NCBI GenBank assembly: GCA_004431415.1
Contig: QPMI01000200.1
Location: forward strand, 62,001 to 126,000
Origin: Cyanophora paradoxa CCMP329
Lineage: Eukaryota > Plantae > Glaucophyta
Length of the DNA: 64,000 bases
Direction: 5' to 3'
Part shown: positions 62,701 to 64,000 of the stretch, piece after piece
How the letters are laid out: the number at the start of each line of letters is the position of its first letter
Position numbering within the stretch: the stretch's first letter is position 1
Translations under genes and position numbers: made by a program
The notes under the pieces: model-generated
Seen by the model: only the letters and a program-made list of their open reading frames with translations
Told to the model about the DNA's origin: nothing
The model's database searches: none

Positions 62701-63309
62701 TCGCCGGGGGTGGGCCACCGGACCATAGCTTTGCGTCAGCGGCGCGCGAACGCATGTCTCACGATTCTTGCTTGCGTTCCAGGCGCTGGATCGCGCGCGC
62801 CGTCTCCAGGCTCCGAATTCTGGACCCCTCTTCCACAGCTTGGTGAGGCTCAGGCCTAGACGAGGTGAGTTGAGCGGTCTGTGTGCGTACGCGTCGCTGA
62901 CAAGGCGCTCCTGTCGCGCAGGATGATCGAGTCCCGGGGCGATGGTCGGAGGAGCGGAGGGCGGCAGCATGGATTGCACGGCGGGGCGTAGGATCGGCGG
63001 GCGGCGGCCCGGGGCGCACGCCTCGCGCGCCGCCGGCTGCCCGCCCGCCCCGGCCCGCCCCGGCGCCGTCGCTTCGCCCGCCCCGGCGCCTTCGCCCCGC
63101 TCCGCCCCGTCGCTTTCGCCCCGCCCCGCAGAGTCGGTGCGCCGTGCTGAGCGCCCTGCCCGGCACAGCCCGGCCTGCCTGCTGCTGACGCCCTCGCAGC
63201 TCTCGAGGATTTTGAATTTTCGGGGCGTCCCGCTGCCGCGGGAGAGGATCTTCGAGCGCCCCGCCGCCCCCGCCGTCCTCAGGGGACAGCGCCGGGGGTC
63301 GCGGAAGCT

Positions 63310-63685
63310 CAGCAGGCGGCGGCGCGGCTCACCTGGCGGGGCGGAGGCGCGGCGGGCGGCGGCACGGCTCGCCGGGAGGGGCGGCGGCGCGGCGGGCGGC
63401 GCGCAGCTCGCCGGGCGGGGCGAGGGTGCGGCGGGCGGCGGCGAAGCTCGGCGGGCGGGGCGCGGGAGCGGCGGGCGGCGGCGCGGCTCGCCAGGCGGGC
63501 GGAGGCGCGGCGGGCGGCGCCGCGGCTCGCGGGGCGGGGCGGAGGCGCAGCGTGCTGCGGCCCGGCTCGCCGCACGGGGTGGAGGCGCGGCTGGCGGCGG
63601 CGCGGCTCGCCAGGGGGGCGGAGGCGCAGCAGGCGGACAGGACGGCAGGCGCGGCGGGCGGCGGCGTGGCTCGCGGGCGCCGCGG
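63310..63685. repeat. Very GC-rich degenerate tandem repeat
   Basis: Recurrent gcggcggcgcggctcgcc(a/g)ggcgggg-like unit, roughly 8 copies. Confidence 0.7.
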
Positions 63686-63939
63686 TGGCGCGACGCGGCT
63701 TCGATTCGTGATCACTGATCATGAGCGTGATGATCTCTTGTCATTCAATTTAAACAGATCCGAGGCTGCGCTGCCCTGCAACTTGGCACAAATGAAGTGT
63801 TGGCAATTGGGGCCCACTATTGCTTGGCGAGGCACCAGCACCTTTTCAGCGCTTGCCACTATTAAAATCAAATCTAGCGCCTTTGATATAGTCCAGGTAC
63901 GCTTCTCCAGTCAGTGAAAAGGCCGGGATCTTTTCCTGG

Positions 63940-63975
63940 CTTCATGATCAATTCTCATGATCATCATGAACACTG
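63940..63975. mobile_element. Possible solitary hAT-type terminus
   Basis: ...tcatgatcatcatgaacactg reverse-complements to CAGTGTTCATGATGA, resembling the 52813 MITE ends. No partner TIR or TSD found. Confidence 0.35.
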
Positions 63976-64000
63976 CATGCATGGGTGCTCAGATCCTCAC

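Overview
GC-rich, gene-dense nuclear DNA of a microbial eukaryote (lineage not determinable from the window). Genes are broken by many short spliceosomal introns (mostly ~45-80 nt), an unusual share of them GC-AG, so most entries in the six-frame ORF track are exon fragments or antisense shadows. Manual splicing gives about 15 genes: a Fused/STK36 kinase; a prephenate dehydratase that appears spliced in frame to a sugar-nucleotidyltransferase + galactokinase-like protein; a bacterial-type phosphoserine aminotransferase; a truncated photolyase/cryptochrome-like domain fused to a YacP/Rae1-like NYN ribonuclease domain; CCT4; GPC1; an SLX4-like protein; RPS20; a KH-domain protein; a COX20-like protein; a GT54/MGAT4-like glycosyltransferase; MUTYH; ataxin-10; a microexon-encoded protein with ~25 myxobacterial-type Cys-rich repeats; a small single-TM protein; and a MORN-repeat protein. 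From ~52.8 kb on, the window is a transposon nest: a hAT-type MITE with an 8-bp TSD and a gag-like element whose ~1380-aa ORF is split by a CAC-ended MITE with a 3-bp TSD. The best candidates for undescribed biology are the photolyase-like-NYN RNase fusion, the PDT-nucleotidyltransferase-GHMP kinase fusion, and a dispersed element found in three convergent gene junctions. All exon models were spliced by eye and need RNA-seq confirmation.
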